Assembly (NCBI GenBank): GCA_900547225.1 | Contig: URFW01000003.1 | Coordinates: forward strand, 13,054 to 77,053 | Reading direction: 5' to 3' | DNA length: 64,000 nt | From: an uncultured Mycoplasmatota bacterium | GTDB lineage: Bacteria; Bacillota_I; Bacilli_A; RF39; UBA660 | Shown: positions 39,428-48,614 of the stretch, piece by piece | Layout: every line of letters begins with the position of its first letter | Position numbering within the stretch: the stretch's first letter is position 1 | The notes under the pieces: model-generated | Seen by the model: only the letters and a program-made list of their open reading frames with translations | Databases searched by the model: none | Told to the model about the DNA's origin: nothing | Position numbers and translations under genes: made by a program

Positions 39428-40522
39428 ATGAAAAAGCAGAGACTTCATGGTAAAACTATAAAAAAAATCGTTGTATCTATTTTATTAGTTTTTGCTTTGG
39501 TTGTACAGTTTGCTTTTTTAAGCTATTTATTTAAGGCAATATCTCCAAATAATGATAAAAGTAATGTAATTATGGATTATACATCAAGTGGAAATTTAGA
39601 TTATAAGGTATATTTGAAGCAAAATGATTTTATTGATAGTACTTATCTGAACGCTGGTGAAGCTTATGTTTTGGATTTGATTGATCACATAAAAATAATT
39701 TCACTTTATGATTTTAAATCAACAAATAAGACAAGCGTGACAGGAACTAATAAACTAATTTCAAAATTAAAAGTATATTATAAAGAATCAACCGACAAAA
39801 GTAGTAATCCTGAAGTTATGACTAAGGAAAAAACATTAGATGAAAAAGTAATGAGTTTTAATGACAATAAGTTTATTTCTTCGGGTGAATATGATTTATA
39901 CTTGGATGAATATATAAATATAATTAAGGAATTTCAAAATAAAGTTAAGATAGCAGTAGATGGATATTTAGAAGTATCTGAAGTAAATAGCTTTTCTGGC
40001 AAAGTAGGTGGTGCATCTTATGGGGATACATATTCTAATACAATAAAGATACCTTTATCATCTTCGGTTGTTAAAATAGAAAGTGATGCATCAAATCCAA
40101 AAACAAAATCCGTATACGAAAGTGACCTAGTTAAAACTAATAAAATAGTTTTGAACTATATCGTAATAGCAAACATAGTTACTTTCATAATAATTTGTTT
40201 CTTACTTAGAAAGTTATTTACGTTTACTAATAAAACTGAGTATGAAAGAGAACTTAATAAGATACTTAAGAATTATGATGATATAATTGTAAATACTAGA
40301 ACAATGGTTGATGTATCTGATTATAAGTTAATCAAAATAGAGGATTTTAAAGAAATTCTTAATTTATCTAGGGAACTTTTATTACCAATTATGAATTATG
40401 AAATAGAAAAAGGAAAGGCAACGTGTTTTTATGTTATTAAAGATGATATACTATACACTCACTTAATTTATGATAAAAATGCGGAAGAATATAAAAATAA
40501 AATATATAAAGAGGGCTATTAG
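39428..40522 (+). CDS. two-TM accessory membrane protein of the TasA/SipW cluster (TapA-like role is speculative)
   Basis: N-terminal signal-anchor, roughly 200-aa extracytoplasmic domain, a second TM (IVLNYIVIANIVTFIIICFLL), and a 100-aa cytoplasmic tail. It starts 10 nt after paralog 4. Confidence 0.5.
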   Translation: MKKQRLHGKTIKKIVVSILLVFALVVQFAFLSYLFKAISPNNDKSNVIMDYTSSGNLDYKVYLKQNDFIDSTYLNAGEAYVLDLIDHIKIISLYDFKSTNKTSVTGTNKLISKLKVYYKESTDKSSNPEVMTKEKTLDEKVMSFNDNKFISSGEYDLYLDEYINIIKEFQNKVKIAVDGYLEVSEVNSFSGKVGGASYGDTYSNTIKIPLSSSVVKIESDASNPKTKSVYESDLVKTNKIVLNYIVIANIVTFIIICFLLRKLFTFTNKTEYERELNKILKNYDDIIVNTRTMVDVSDYKLIKIEDFKEILNLSRELLLPIMNYEIEKGKATCFYVIKDDILYTHLIYDKNAEEYKNKIYKEGY

Positions 40523-40585
40523 CCTTCTTTTTTATAAATTATATTGTTAAATATAAAAAAATGTATTATAATTATTTTTGTAAAT

Positions 40586-40660
40586 TGCCCTGTAGCCAAG
40601 TGGTAAGGCATCTGACTCTGAATCAGACATGCACTGGTTCGAATCCAGTCAGGGCAACCA
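40586..40660 (+). tRNA. tRNA-Gln (anticodon CUG)
   Basis: Cloverleaf folded by hand: acceptor TGCCCTG/CAGGGCA, anticodon stem TCTGA/TCAGA, loop CTCTGAA, T-arm ACTGG-TTCGAAT-CCAGT, and 3' ACCA. Confidence 0.85.
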
Positions 40661-40669
40661 ATTATGTAT

Positions 40670-40746
40670 GGCCCGTTGGTGAAGGGGTTTAACACATCGC
40701 CCTCTCAAGGCGACATTCACGAGTTCAAATCTCGTACGGGTCACCA
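40670..40746 (+). tRNA. tRNA-Glu (anticodon CUC)
   Basis: GGCCCGTTGGT...acceptor, anticodon stem TCGCC/GGCGA, loop CTCTCAA, T-arm ACGAG-TTCAAAT-CTCGT, and 3' ACCA. Near-identical to the B. subtilis tRNA-Glu backbone. Confidence 0.85.
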
Positions 40747-40838
40747 AATTTGAATTTTAAAGGTTAGTTTTATTGACTAGCCTTTTATTTATCTTAAATT
40801 TTTGATATAATTTAAATGTTTAAGAAAGGAATGATTTT

Positions 40839-42500
40839 ATGACTAATAAAGATTTAGCAAACTTGATATTTCCTAATATTACAAAAACAATAGAAGATTA
40901 TGAAAAAATGTATCCGGAAAGAAACTTACCAGATGATGCGATAGTAACTCGTGCTGCTCCATCTCCAACAGGATATACCCATATGGGAACGTTATTTCAG
41001 GCCTTTGTTGCAAGGAAAGCTGCAAAAGATACAAATGGTGTATTTTATATAAGAATAGAAGATACTGATAGAGAAAGATTGGTTAGTGATGCGGTTGATG
41101 TTATCACAACTGACTTAAAATACTTTGAGGTAACTCCAGATGAAGGAGTAATATCAGGTAGTGAAGAAAAAGGTGCATATGGTCCTTACACGCAAAGTAA
41201 GAGGAAAGAAATTTACCAAACATTTATGAAATATTTAGTTGAACAAGGTCTTGCATATCCATGCTTTTGTACTAAAGAAGAAAAAGAAGAGATGACATCA
41301 TCTCAGGAAAAAAGAAAAGATAGAATAGGATATTATGGAAGATATGCTAAATGTCGTAAGATTCCTGTAAGTGATGCATATGAAAGAATAAAAAATAAAG
41401 AAGCTTTTACTTTAAGATTAAAATCTCCTGGTGATTTTAATAAGAAAATAATCGTTAATGATTTAATAAAAGGAAAAATATCTTTCCCAGAAAATGATAT
41501 GGATATTGTAATAATGAAACAAGATGGACTTCCAACTTATCATTTTGCACACTTAGTAGATGATCATTTAATGCGTACAACCCATATTATAAGGGGAGAT
41601 GAATGGTTATCATCACTTCCAACCCATATACAATTATTCCAAGTATTTGGTTTTAAGCCTCCTAAGTATGCTCACATATCTCCAATTTTAAAGGAAGATA
41701 ACGGAGTTAAAAGAAAGCTTTCTAAGAGAAAAGATCCGGAAGCACAAATGAGTTACTATAGGGAAAAGGGAATTCCAGTAAAAGCTGTTGAGTTATATTT
41801 AATGACACTTGCTAACACTAACTTTGAACAGTGGTGGGATGCTAATAAAGATAAATCATTAGATGATTTTAAATATGATTTTAAGAAGACTAGTAAGTCT
41901 GGAGGTTTGTTTGACGTCGAAAAATTGCATAACATTTCAAAGAATTATTTAGCAAGGATAAAAGCAACAGAATTTTATGATATGTTAGTTAAATATTCTA
42001 AGGAATATGATAAAGATTTTTATGAATTGATAACTAAGTATAAAGATTTTACAATAGGGCTTTTAAACATTGAAAGAGAACAAAAAAAGCCAAGAAAAGA
42101 TTATGCTTCATTTAGTGAAGTAAAACATCTTGTTTGGTATATGTATGATGAATTATTTGAAAAAAAGGAAAAGGATTATGAGTTTAATGGTATAACTGAT
42201 AAAGATGAAATACTAAAAATAATGAATACATACGTAAATGAGTATTATAATGAAGAAGATGAACAACAAGAATGGTTTGAAAAAATAAAAGATTTATCTG
42301 AGGCTTTAGGTTATGCAAGAGAAGTTAAAGAATATAAAGTAAATCCTGATAAATATAAGGGACACGTAGGAGATATTTCAATGGTAATTAGAGTCTCTCT
42401 TACAACAAAGAGCATGACACCTAATCTTTATGATATTATGAAGCTACTTGGAAAGAAAAGAATATTAAATAGAGTAAAAGAATTAGAAAAAAACATCTAA
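40839..42500 (+). CDS. gltX: glutamyl-tRNA synthetase-like class I aaRS (long form, atypical HIGH region)
   Basis: RAAPSPTGYTHMG, where GluRS normally has PSPTG(Y/F)LH(I/V)G. KMSKS-like KLSKRK. 553 aa. Confidence 0.75.
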   Translation: MTNKDLANLIFPNITKTIEDYEKMYPERNLPDDAIVTRAAPSPTGYTHMGTLFQAFVARKAAKDTNGVFYIRIEDTDRERLVSDAVDVITTDLKYFEVTPDEGVISGSEEKGAYGPYTQSKRKEIYQTFMKYLVEQGLAYPCFCTKEEKEEMTSSQEKRKDRIGYYGRYAKCRKIPVSDAYERIKNKEAFTLRLKSPGDFNKKIIVNDLIKGKISFPENDMDIVIMKQDGLPTYHFAHLVDDHLMRTTHIIRGDEWLSSLPTHIQLFQVFGFKPPKYAHISPILKEDNGVKRKLSKRKDPEAQMSYYREKGIPVKAVELYLMTLANTNFEQWWDANKDKSLDDFKYDFKKTSKSGGLFDVEKLHNISKNYLARIKATEFYDMLVKYSKEYDKDFYELITKYKDFTIGLLNIEREQKKPRKDYASFSEVKHLVWYMYDELFEKKEKDYEFNGITDKDEILKIMNTYVNEYYNEEDEQQEWFEKIKDLSEALGYAREVKEYKVNPDKYKGHVGDISMVIRVSLTTKSMTPNLYDIMKLLGKKRILNRVKELEKNI

Positions 42501-42662
42501 TTCTTTTTAATTTTTAAAATTTTATAATTTTTTTAGGGATTTTTATTTTTTTTAGGGGGTATTTTAAAAAAGTGTCTAACTATAGATATGAGAGGACCTA
42601 ATAGTTTGGGTAGTTATGCTTTCCACTTTTTATTTTTCTAAATAGAAAGTGGGGTGATAATT

Positions 42663-42743
42663 ATGAAGAAAGAAAATAAATTTCTTAAGATAATTATTGT
42701 TCTTTTAATTTTTCTATTAGTGCTACTAATATTTAAAATATAA
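42663..42743 (+). CDS. candidate 26-aa hydrophobic peptide [26 protein letters not shown]
   Basis: RBS AGTGGGGTGATAATT-ATG. A single TM-like helix, followed by a long hairpin AAACAGCATAT-(19-nt loop)-ATATGCTGTTT. Confidence 0.3.
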   Translation: MKKENKFLKIIIVLLIFLLVLLIFKI

Positions 42744-42893
42744 AAGAAACAGCATATACCCAAATAGTTAAGGGGGATATGCTGTTTCCATGACAAACTT
42801 ATGGAAAGCAAACTAACCTTTATTGTTAGGTTCTTTCACTAATTAAATTATACATAATTAGTTTATTTATGTAAATAAGAAAGTGTGCAATAT

Positions 42894-44249
42894 ATGAAAA
42901 AAATAAATTTAAAAAAATTTGAAAAATTGGATAAATATCAATTCAAAGCGGTAACTTCTAAGAGAAATGTTACTCTTGTTTTAGCGGGTGCAGGTTGTGG
43001 TAAAACATATACAATAACATCCAGGGTAAGATATTTAATAGATTATTTAAATGTTAATCCAAAAGACATTTTATGTATTTCATTTACTAATGATGCGGTT
43101 AATAAACTAAAAGATGACTTAAATCATGAAATAGATGTATTAACATTTCATAAACTAGCACTTAAAATAATAGGAAGAAAAAAAGAAGTTTTGTCAGAAG
43201 ATATGTTAACTGACATAATAATTAATACTTTTTCTAATGATAAATTATTTGGATTATATAATATGGGTAAACAAGATATGTATACTTTAATTAAAACCTT
43301 TATTAATCTTTTTAAATCAAATAATTATAAACTAGATAAATTTTATACATTTATAAATAAATCTAATGCGAAAGATAAGATTTTGTTAAAAGAAATAATG
43401 AAGTGTTATATATGTTATGAGTCATATTTAAATAAAGAAAACTTAGTGGACTTTAATGATATGATAAATCTTGCAATAGAAGGGTTAGAAAACTCAAACT
43501 TAAGATATAAACACATTATAGTAGATGAATATCAAGACACATCCTACACCAAATTCTTATTGTTAAGAAAACTAATAAAACTATCTCATGCTTCTTTTTT
43601 TGCGGTTGGAGATGATTTTCAATCAATCTATATGTTTGCAGGTTCTAACATAAAGATGATTACGAATTTTAGAAGATATTTTCCGTTTTCTAAAATAATA
43701 AAACTAAAAAATACTTATCGTAATTCTAGTGAATTAATTAAAATAGCAGGAAGATTTATTATGAAAAATCCATTTCAAATAAAAAAGAAGTTAAAATCTT
43801 CTATAAGTGTTAAAAATCCGGTACAAATAGTTTATTATGATAACTTGAATAATTCTTTAGAAAATGTAATTTCAGAAGATAAAATAGATGATTTATATAT
43901 TTTGTCTAGAAATAATAAAGATTTAGATAATATTAAATTAGATAATGTTAATTGTAAAAAAATTAGTGTACATAAATCTAAAGGCTTAGAATCTGAAAAT
44001 GTTTTTTTAGTTAACGTAAGCTCATCTAACAATGGTTTTCCTAATAAATATGTAGATCATAATATACTAAAATACGTTAATAACTATAGGGAATACTATC
44101 CTTATGAAGAAGAGAGAAGACTTTTTTATGTTGCACTTACAAGATGTAAAAATAAGGTGTATTTATTTGTTCCAATACATAAAGAATCTATTTTTATTAA
44201 AGAAATAAAAAAATATAAAGGCGTTACCATAAGACAATCATGTGTTTAA
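42894..44249 (+). CDS. short UvrD/Rep-family helicase-like protein
   Basis: Walker A AGAGCGKTYT, motif II VDEYQD, and motif VI-like YVALTRCK. Only about 450 aa, so the accessory 1B/2B domains appear reduced. Start taken at ATG 42894. Confidence 0.7.
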   Translation: MKKINLKKFEKLDKYQFKAVTSKRNVTLVLAGAGCGKTYTITSRVRYLIDYLNVNPKDILCISFTNDAVNKLKDDLNHEIDVLTFHKLALKIIGRKKEVLSEDMLTDIIINTFSNDKLFGLYNMGKQDMYTLIKTFINLFKSNNYKLDKFYTFINKSNAKDKILLKEIMKCYICYESYLNKENLVDFNDMINLAIEGLENSNLRYKHIIVDEYQDTSYTKFLLLRKLIKLSHASFFAVGDDFQSIYMFAGSNIKMITNFRRYFPFSKIIKLKNTYRNSSELIKIAGRFIMKNPFQIKKKLKSSISVKNPVQIVYYDNLNNSLENVISEDKIDDLYILSRNNKDLDNIKLDNVNCKKISVHKSKGLESENVFLVNVSSSNNGFPNKYVDHNILKYVNNYREYYPYEEERRLFYVALTRCKNKVYLFVPIHKESIFIKEIKKYKGVTIRQSCV

Positions 44250-44322
44250 AAAGTAAAATATTGTCACACGAAAAAAATTATATTTATTAAACATACTTAC
44301 TACTATTTATTAGGAGGTTATT

Positions 44323-46935
44323 ATGAATAAATATAATAAAAACGGACTAAGTGATAAAGAAGTTATTAAAAGTAAGGAAAAATATGGTACTAATGAAATT
44401 AAAAAAGGCAAAACTAATAGCTTTCTATCTTTATTAATAGAGTCTTTAGGAGACCCTATAATTAAAATATTGTTAATTGCACTTGCGATAAAAGTGGTTT
44501 TCTTATTTAGAGACTTTGATTGGTTTGAAACACTTGGAATTTTAATAGCAATCTTTTTAGCCTCTTTTATATCAACTATTTCAGAGTATGGAAGTGAAAA
44601 AGCCTTTGAAAAACTAAAAGAAGAATCATTAAAGTTAAAATGTAAAGTTAAAAGAAATGGGAAAACAACAGAAATTTCATTTGATGAAGTTGTTGTAGGG
44701 GACGTTGTTTTATTAGAATCAGGTGATAAAATACCTGCAGATGGTGTTGTTATAGATGGTTTTTTATATGTTAATGAATCATCCATAAACGGTGAATCAA
44801 AAGAGGTACATAAAGAAAAATATTCATATGGAAACATAAAAGATGAAAACAAGTTATATAGAGGTTGTGTCGTATGTGAAGGTGCCGCATTATCAGTTAT
44901 AACGGATGTTGGTGATAATACTTTCTATGGCAAGATTGCTAGGGAGCTTCAAGAAAAAAAGAACGAAAGTCCTCTTAAAATAAGGCTTAGATCACTTGCT
45001 AAAGTAATTAGTACGTTTGGTTATATAGGAGCTTTTTTAGCATCTGTTTCATATCTTTTTTCCAATATAATCGTTAGAAATAATTTTAATTTAGGATTAA
45101 TAATGGATACCATAACAAACATTCCGCTTATGATGAATTATGTTATATATGCTCTTACGCTTGCGGTTACCATCATAATTGTTTCTGTACCAGAAGGGCT
45201 TCCAATGATGATAACCCTTGTTTTATCATCAAATATGAAAAGAATGCTTAAGAATAATGTTTTGGTAAGAAAAATGGTAGGTATAGAAACAGCGGGATGT
45301 ATAAATATATTATTTAGTGATAAGACAGGTACAATAACAACTGGTAATTTATCTTGTGAAAGTATATTAGATGGTAACTTAAGTGTATATAAAAAAGAAA
45401 ATGAACTTAAAGATAACACATACTCAAAAATATTAAAAACATCTATGGTAGTAAACAATATGTCATCATACGATAATGATAAGGTAATAGGAGGAAACAT
45501 AACTGATAGATGCTTATTATCGTTTTATAAGCCATTTAAAATAGATGGTATAAAAATAATTAAACAGATACCATTTAATAGTAAAAATAAATATATGATT
45601 ACCGTTATAGATGATAAAATGATTAGAAACTTAATAAAAGGTGCACCAGAAGTATTATTAGATAAATGTAAATATTATTATGATAAAAATGGTAGAAAAG
45701 AATTATTCTTAAATAAAAGTAAGATAGAAGAAAAAATAAAAAACGCTACATCAAATGGAGTTAGGGTAATTGTTTTAGCAAGTAGTGATAACATAAATGC
45801 TACTATTTTTAATGACTTAGTTTTTGTAGGGGCAATATTTATTAAAGATCCGGTAAGAAAGGAAGCAAAAGAAGGAATTAGGTTAGTTAGTAATGCTTCT
45901 ATTAAAACGGTTATGATAACTGGTGATAATAAAAATACGGCAGAGGCTATCGCAAGGGAAGTAGGGCTTGTAACTGATAGTAGTGATGTTATTATTACGT
46001 CAGAAGAGTTAAACGCTTTAAGTGATAGTGAAGTAAAAAGAATGCTTCCTAAATTAAAAGTTGTATCACGAAGTCTTCCACAAGATAAATCAAGACTAGT
46101 TAGACTATCAAATGAAATGGGACTTGTAACTGGCATGACAGGGGATGGGGTAAATGATGCACCAGCACTTAAAAGAGCGGATGTAGGTTTTGCCTTTGGC
46201 TCTGGTAGTGAAGTTGCAAAAGAAGCAAGTGACATAGTAATACTTGATAATAACTTTTTATCAATTGCTAAGGCGGTTTTGTTTGGCAGAACCATATTTA
46301 AAAGCATTAGAAAGTTTATTATATTTCAGTTAACCGTTAACTTATGTGCACTTAGTATATCAATAATAGGCCCTTTTATCGGTGTTGAAACTCCTGTTAC
46401 GGTAATACAAATGCTGTGGATAAATATGGTTATGGATACGCTTGCAGCCCTTGCATTTGCATTTGAACCTCCTTTGCTAGAATACATGAATGAAAAATCT
46501 AAGAAAAAGGATGAAAGTATAATTAATTCTTATATGGTAAGTGAAATAGTTATAACCGGAATTTATACTACATTACTTTGTATTTTGTTTTTAAAACTCC
46601 CATTTATTAAAGAATTATTTTTAAGTGATAAATCATTTATGACAGCATTTTTTGGCCTTTTCATATTCGCGGGCATATTTAATTGTTTTAATGCTCATAC
46701 AAGTAGAATTAACATACTTGCTCATTTATATAAGAATAAGATGTTTATAATTGTTATTTCCTTTATTGTAATAGTTCAAATAATTCTTATGTATTATGGT
46801 GGTGATATGTTTAGAACAAGTCCTCTTACGTTAAAAGAATTTATAATTATGATATTAATATCACTTTCGGTAATACCAGTTGATGTGCTAAGAAAGATTG
46901 TTTCTAAGAAATATGGTAAAACTGGAAGCGTGTGA
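44323..46935 (+). CDS. calcium-translocating P-type ATPase (P2A/PMCA-SERCA type)
   Basis: DKTGTIT phosphorylation site, TGD, MITGDN, MTGDGVNDAPAL hinge, 870 aa with about 10 TM. Confidence 0.9.
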   Translation: MNKYNKNGLSDKEVIKSKEKYGTNEIKKGKTNSFLSLLIESLGDPIIKILLIALAIKVVFLFRDFDWFETLGILIAIFLASFISTISEYGSEKAFEKLKEESLKLKCKVKRNGKTTEISFDEVVVGDVVLLESGDKIPADGVVIDGFLYVNESSINGESKEVHKEKYSYGNIKDENKLYRGCVVCEGAALSVITDVGDNTFYGKIARELQEKKNESPLKIRLRSLAKVISTFGYIGAFLASVSYLFSNIIVRNNFNLGLIMDTITNIPLMMNYVIYALTLAVTIIIVSVPEGLPMMITLVLSSNMKRMLKNNVLVRKMVGIETAGCINILFSDKTGTITTGNLSCESILDGNLSVYKKENELKDNTYSKILKTSMVVNNMSSYDNDKVIGGNITDRCLLSFYKPFKIDGIKIIKQIPFNSKNKYMITVIDDKMIRNLIKGAPEVLLDKCKYYYDKNGRKELFLNKSKIEEKIKNATSNGVRVIVLASSDNINATIFNDLVFVGAIFIKDPVRKEAKEGIRLVSNASIKTVMITGDNKNTAEAIAREVGLVTDSSDVIITSEELNALSDSEVKRMLPKLKVVSRSLPQDKSRLVRLSNEMGLVTGMTGDGVNDAPALKRADVGFAFGSGSEVAKEASDIVILDNNFLSIAKAVLFGRTIFKSIRKFIIFQLTVNLCALSISIIGPFIGVETPVTVIQMLWINMVMDTLAALAFAFEPPLLEYMNEKSKKKDESIINSYMVSEIVITGIYTTLLCILFLKLPFIKELFLSDKSFMTAFFGLFIFAGIFNCFNAHTSRINILAHLYKNKMFIIVISFIVIVQIILMYYGGDMFRTSPLTLKEFIIMILISLSVIPVDVLRKIVSKKYGKTGSV

Positions 46936-46979
46936 TTTTGACTAAAACAAGAAAAAATGATAATATATGCACGTAAGAG

Positions 46980-47861
46980 GTGATATATGTGAATCCTGAT
47001 GTTGATTTAAATGATGTAGAAGCAAGAGAATATATAGCTTTATTATTTGATGGATATGAAAAAAGAAAAAAAGAAAAAAAGCTATATAAACATGATAATG
47101 TTCCTGAAATTATAATAAAGACATATTATACTTATGTAAAAAAACCCTCATTTGACAGACTTCTTTATAATTTTAAGAGACGATATTTATATAATGAGAA
47201 CAAAATGGAACAGGTTCATAGCATAGAGGAACAAAAAGGGTTATCTTGCGTGTATGATTATGTTAATAAAAGAAAGGATGTAGAAAATATTTCGATATAT
47301 GATTTATCATATATTCATGAAGCACTTTATTCAAAAGCAAAACACCCAGAGTTTGGAGGAAGGTATAGAAACCAAGATATTTATTTATTAAGTGAGGATG
47401 ATGGCATTATTAATGGTGGTAACGTTGAACTTTGTCCTTACTGGAATATAACACATGAAATGAATCTTTTAAGACCAGAAGTTGATGAATTAGTTAAAAG
47501 TGGTATTAGATTGGGACAAAATTCTGATCCAAATGAAATATTAAAGTATATAAATGATTGTGTTATATTAAAGTGCAAATTAATAAAAATACATCCGTTT
47601 AGAGATGGCAATGGAAGAAGTATTAGAGCATTTATTAATCTTTTATTTAAACTAGCTAATATACCACCCGTATATATAGAAAATAAAGAAAAATATAAAT
47701 ACCAAGAAGCAATGAATAACGCACTTGTATTAAATGATTATACCGATATTTTTGATTTTTATAATTTTAAGATTTGTGATTCTATAATGGCTTTAGATCT
47801 TGCAGTGAAAAATGATATATCATTCAATGATTATGAAGAATCAAAGAATAAGGTGAAATAA
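46980..47861 (+). CDS. Fic/Doc (Fido) family protein
   Basis: HPFRDGNGRSIRAF matches the Fic motif HPFx(D/E)GNGR. The start is more likely GTG 46989, which is 6 nt after AGAGGTG. Confidence 0.85.
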   Translation: MIYVNPDVDLNDVEAREYIALLFDGYEKRKKEKKLYKHDNVPEIIIKTYYTYVKKPSFDRLLYNFKRRYLYNENKMEQVHSIEEQKGLSCVYDYVNKRKDVENISIYDLSYIHEALYSKAKHPEFGGRYRNQDIYLLSEDDGIINGGNVELCPYWNITHEMNLLRPEVDELVKSGIRLGQNSDPNEILKYINDCVILKCKLIKIHPFRDGNGRSIRAFINLLFKLANIPPVYIENKEKYKYQEAMNNALVLNDYTDIFDFYNFKICDSIMALDLAVKNDISFNDYEESKNKVK

Positions 47862-47863
47862 TA

Positions 47864-48430
47864 ATGAAATTATTATTACATACGTGTTGTGCACCTTGTA
47901 GTGTGTACTGCATAGAAGAATTAAAAAAAGAAAATATTGATATAACAAGCTTTTGGTATAATCCAAACATTCATCCATATAAGGAATATGAAGCAAGGCT
48001 TGAAACGTTAAAAAACTATGACGAAAAAATAGGTATACCATTAATAATTGATGATTATTATGGCCTTAGAGAGTTTTGCAAAAACGTAGTAGATAAGTTG
48101 GATAATAGATGTGGTTATTGCTATTTATGTAGATTAGAAAAGACTGCTAAATATGCTAAGGAAAATGGCTTTGATGCTTTTTCAACAACCCTTTTAATTA
48201 GTCCATACCAAGACCACGAATTATTAAAAAAGACAGGAGATATGTTATCTAAAAAGTATGGTATAGAATTCTTATACAAAGACTTTAGACCGGGATTTAG
48301 ATATGGTCAAAATAAGGCTAGAGAATTAGGACTTTATATGCAAAAATACTGTGGATGTGTATTTAGTGAAGAAGAAAGGTACGAAAAATTAATAAATAAA
48401 AATAAAAAAATAAACGATAGTTATAAATAA
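47864..48430 (+). CDS. queH: epoxyqueuosine reductase QueH (DUF208)
   Basis: LLLHTCCAPCS N-terminal Cys cluster and C-terminal CGCVFSE. It starts 2 nt after the Fic stop. Confidence 0.85.
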   Translation: MKLLLHTCCAPCSVYCIEELKKENIDITSFWYNPNIHPYKEYEARLETLKNYDEKIGIPLIIDDYYGLREFCKNVVDKLDNRCGYCYLCRLEKTAKYAKENGFDAFSTTLLISPYQDHELLKKTGDMLSKKYGIEFLYKDFRPGFRYGQNKARELGLYMQKYCGCVFSEEERYEKLINKNKKINDSYK

Positions 48431-48433
48431 CCC

Positions 48434-48462
48434 TTAACTAAAAATAAAATATTTGTTATAAT
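48434..48462 (+). promoter_or_regulatory. sigma-A-type promoter TTAACT-17-TGtTATAAT driving the prs-like leader region
   Basis: Read directly from the sequence. Confidence 0.45.
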
Positions 48463-48483
48463 TAAATTGTAAGAGGTATTAAT

Positions 48484-48570
48484 ATGATAGTAAATGAAAC
48501 ATTTAAAAATTATTTTGTTATGAATTTATTATCTAATACTATTACTATATATTTTGATTTAAAGAACTAA
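48484..48570 (+). CDS. candidate 28-aa leader peptide MIVNETFKNYFVMNLLSNTITIYFDLKN whose stop codon lies inside a terminator stem
   Basis: RBS GTAAGAGGTATTAAT-ATG. Stop TAA at 48568-48570 overlaps the 9-bp stem AACTAACAC-ttttttt-GTGTTAGTT (48565-48589), which is followed by a T-run, about 25 nt upstream of the prs-like start. Confidence 0.3.
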   Translation: MIVNETFKNYFVMNLLSNTITIYFDLKN

Positions 48571-48600
48571 CACTTTTTTTGTGTTAGTTTTTTATATTTT
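48565..48600 (+). terminator. attenuator/terminator hairpin in the prs-like leader
   Basis: AACTAACAC-TTTTTTT-GTGTTAGTT plus TTTTATATTTT. Confidence 0.6.
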
Positions 48601-48614
48601 GGAGGGAGTAAAAT

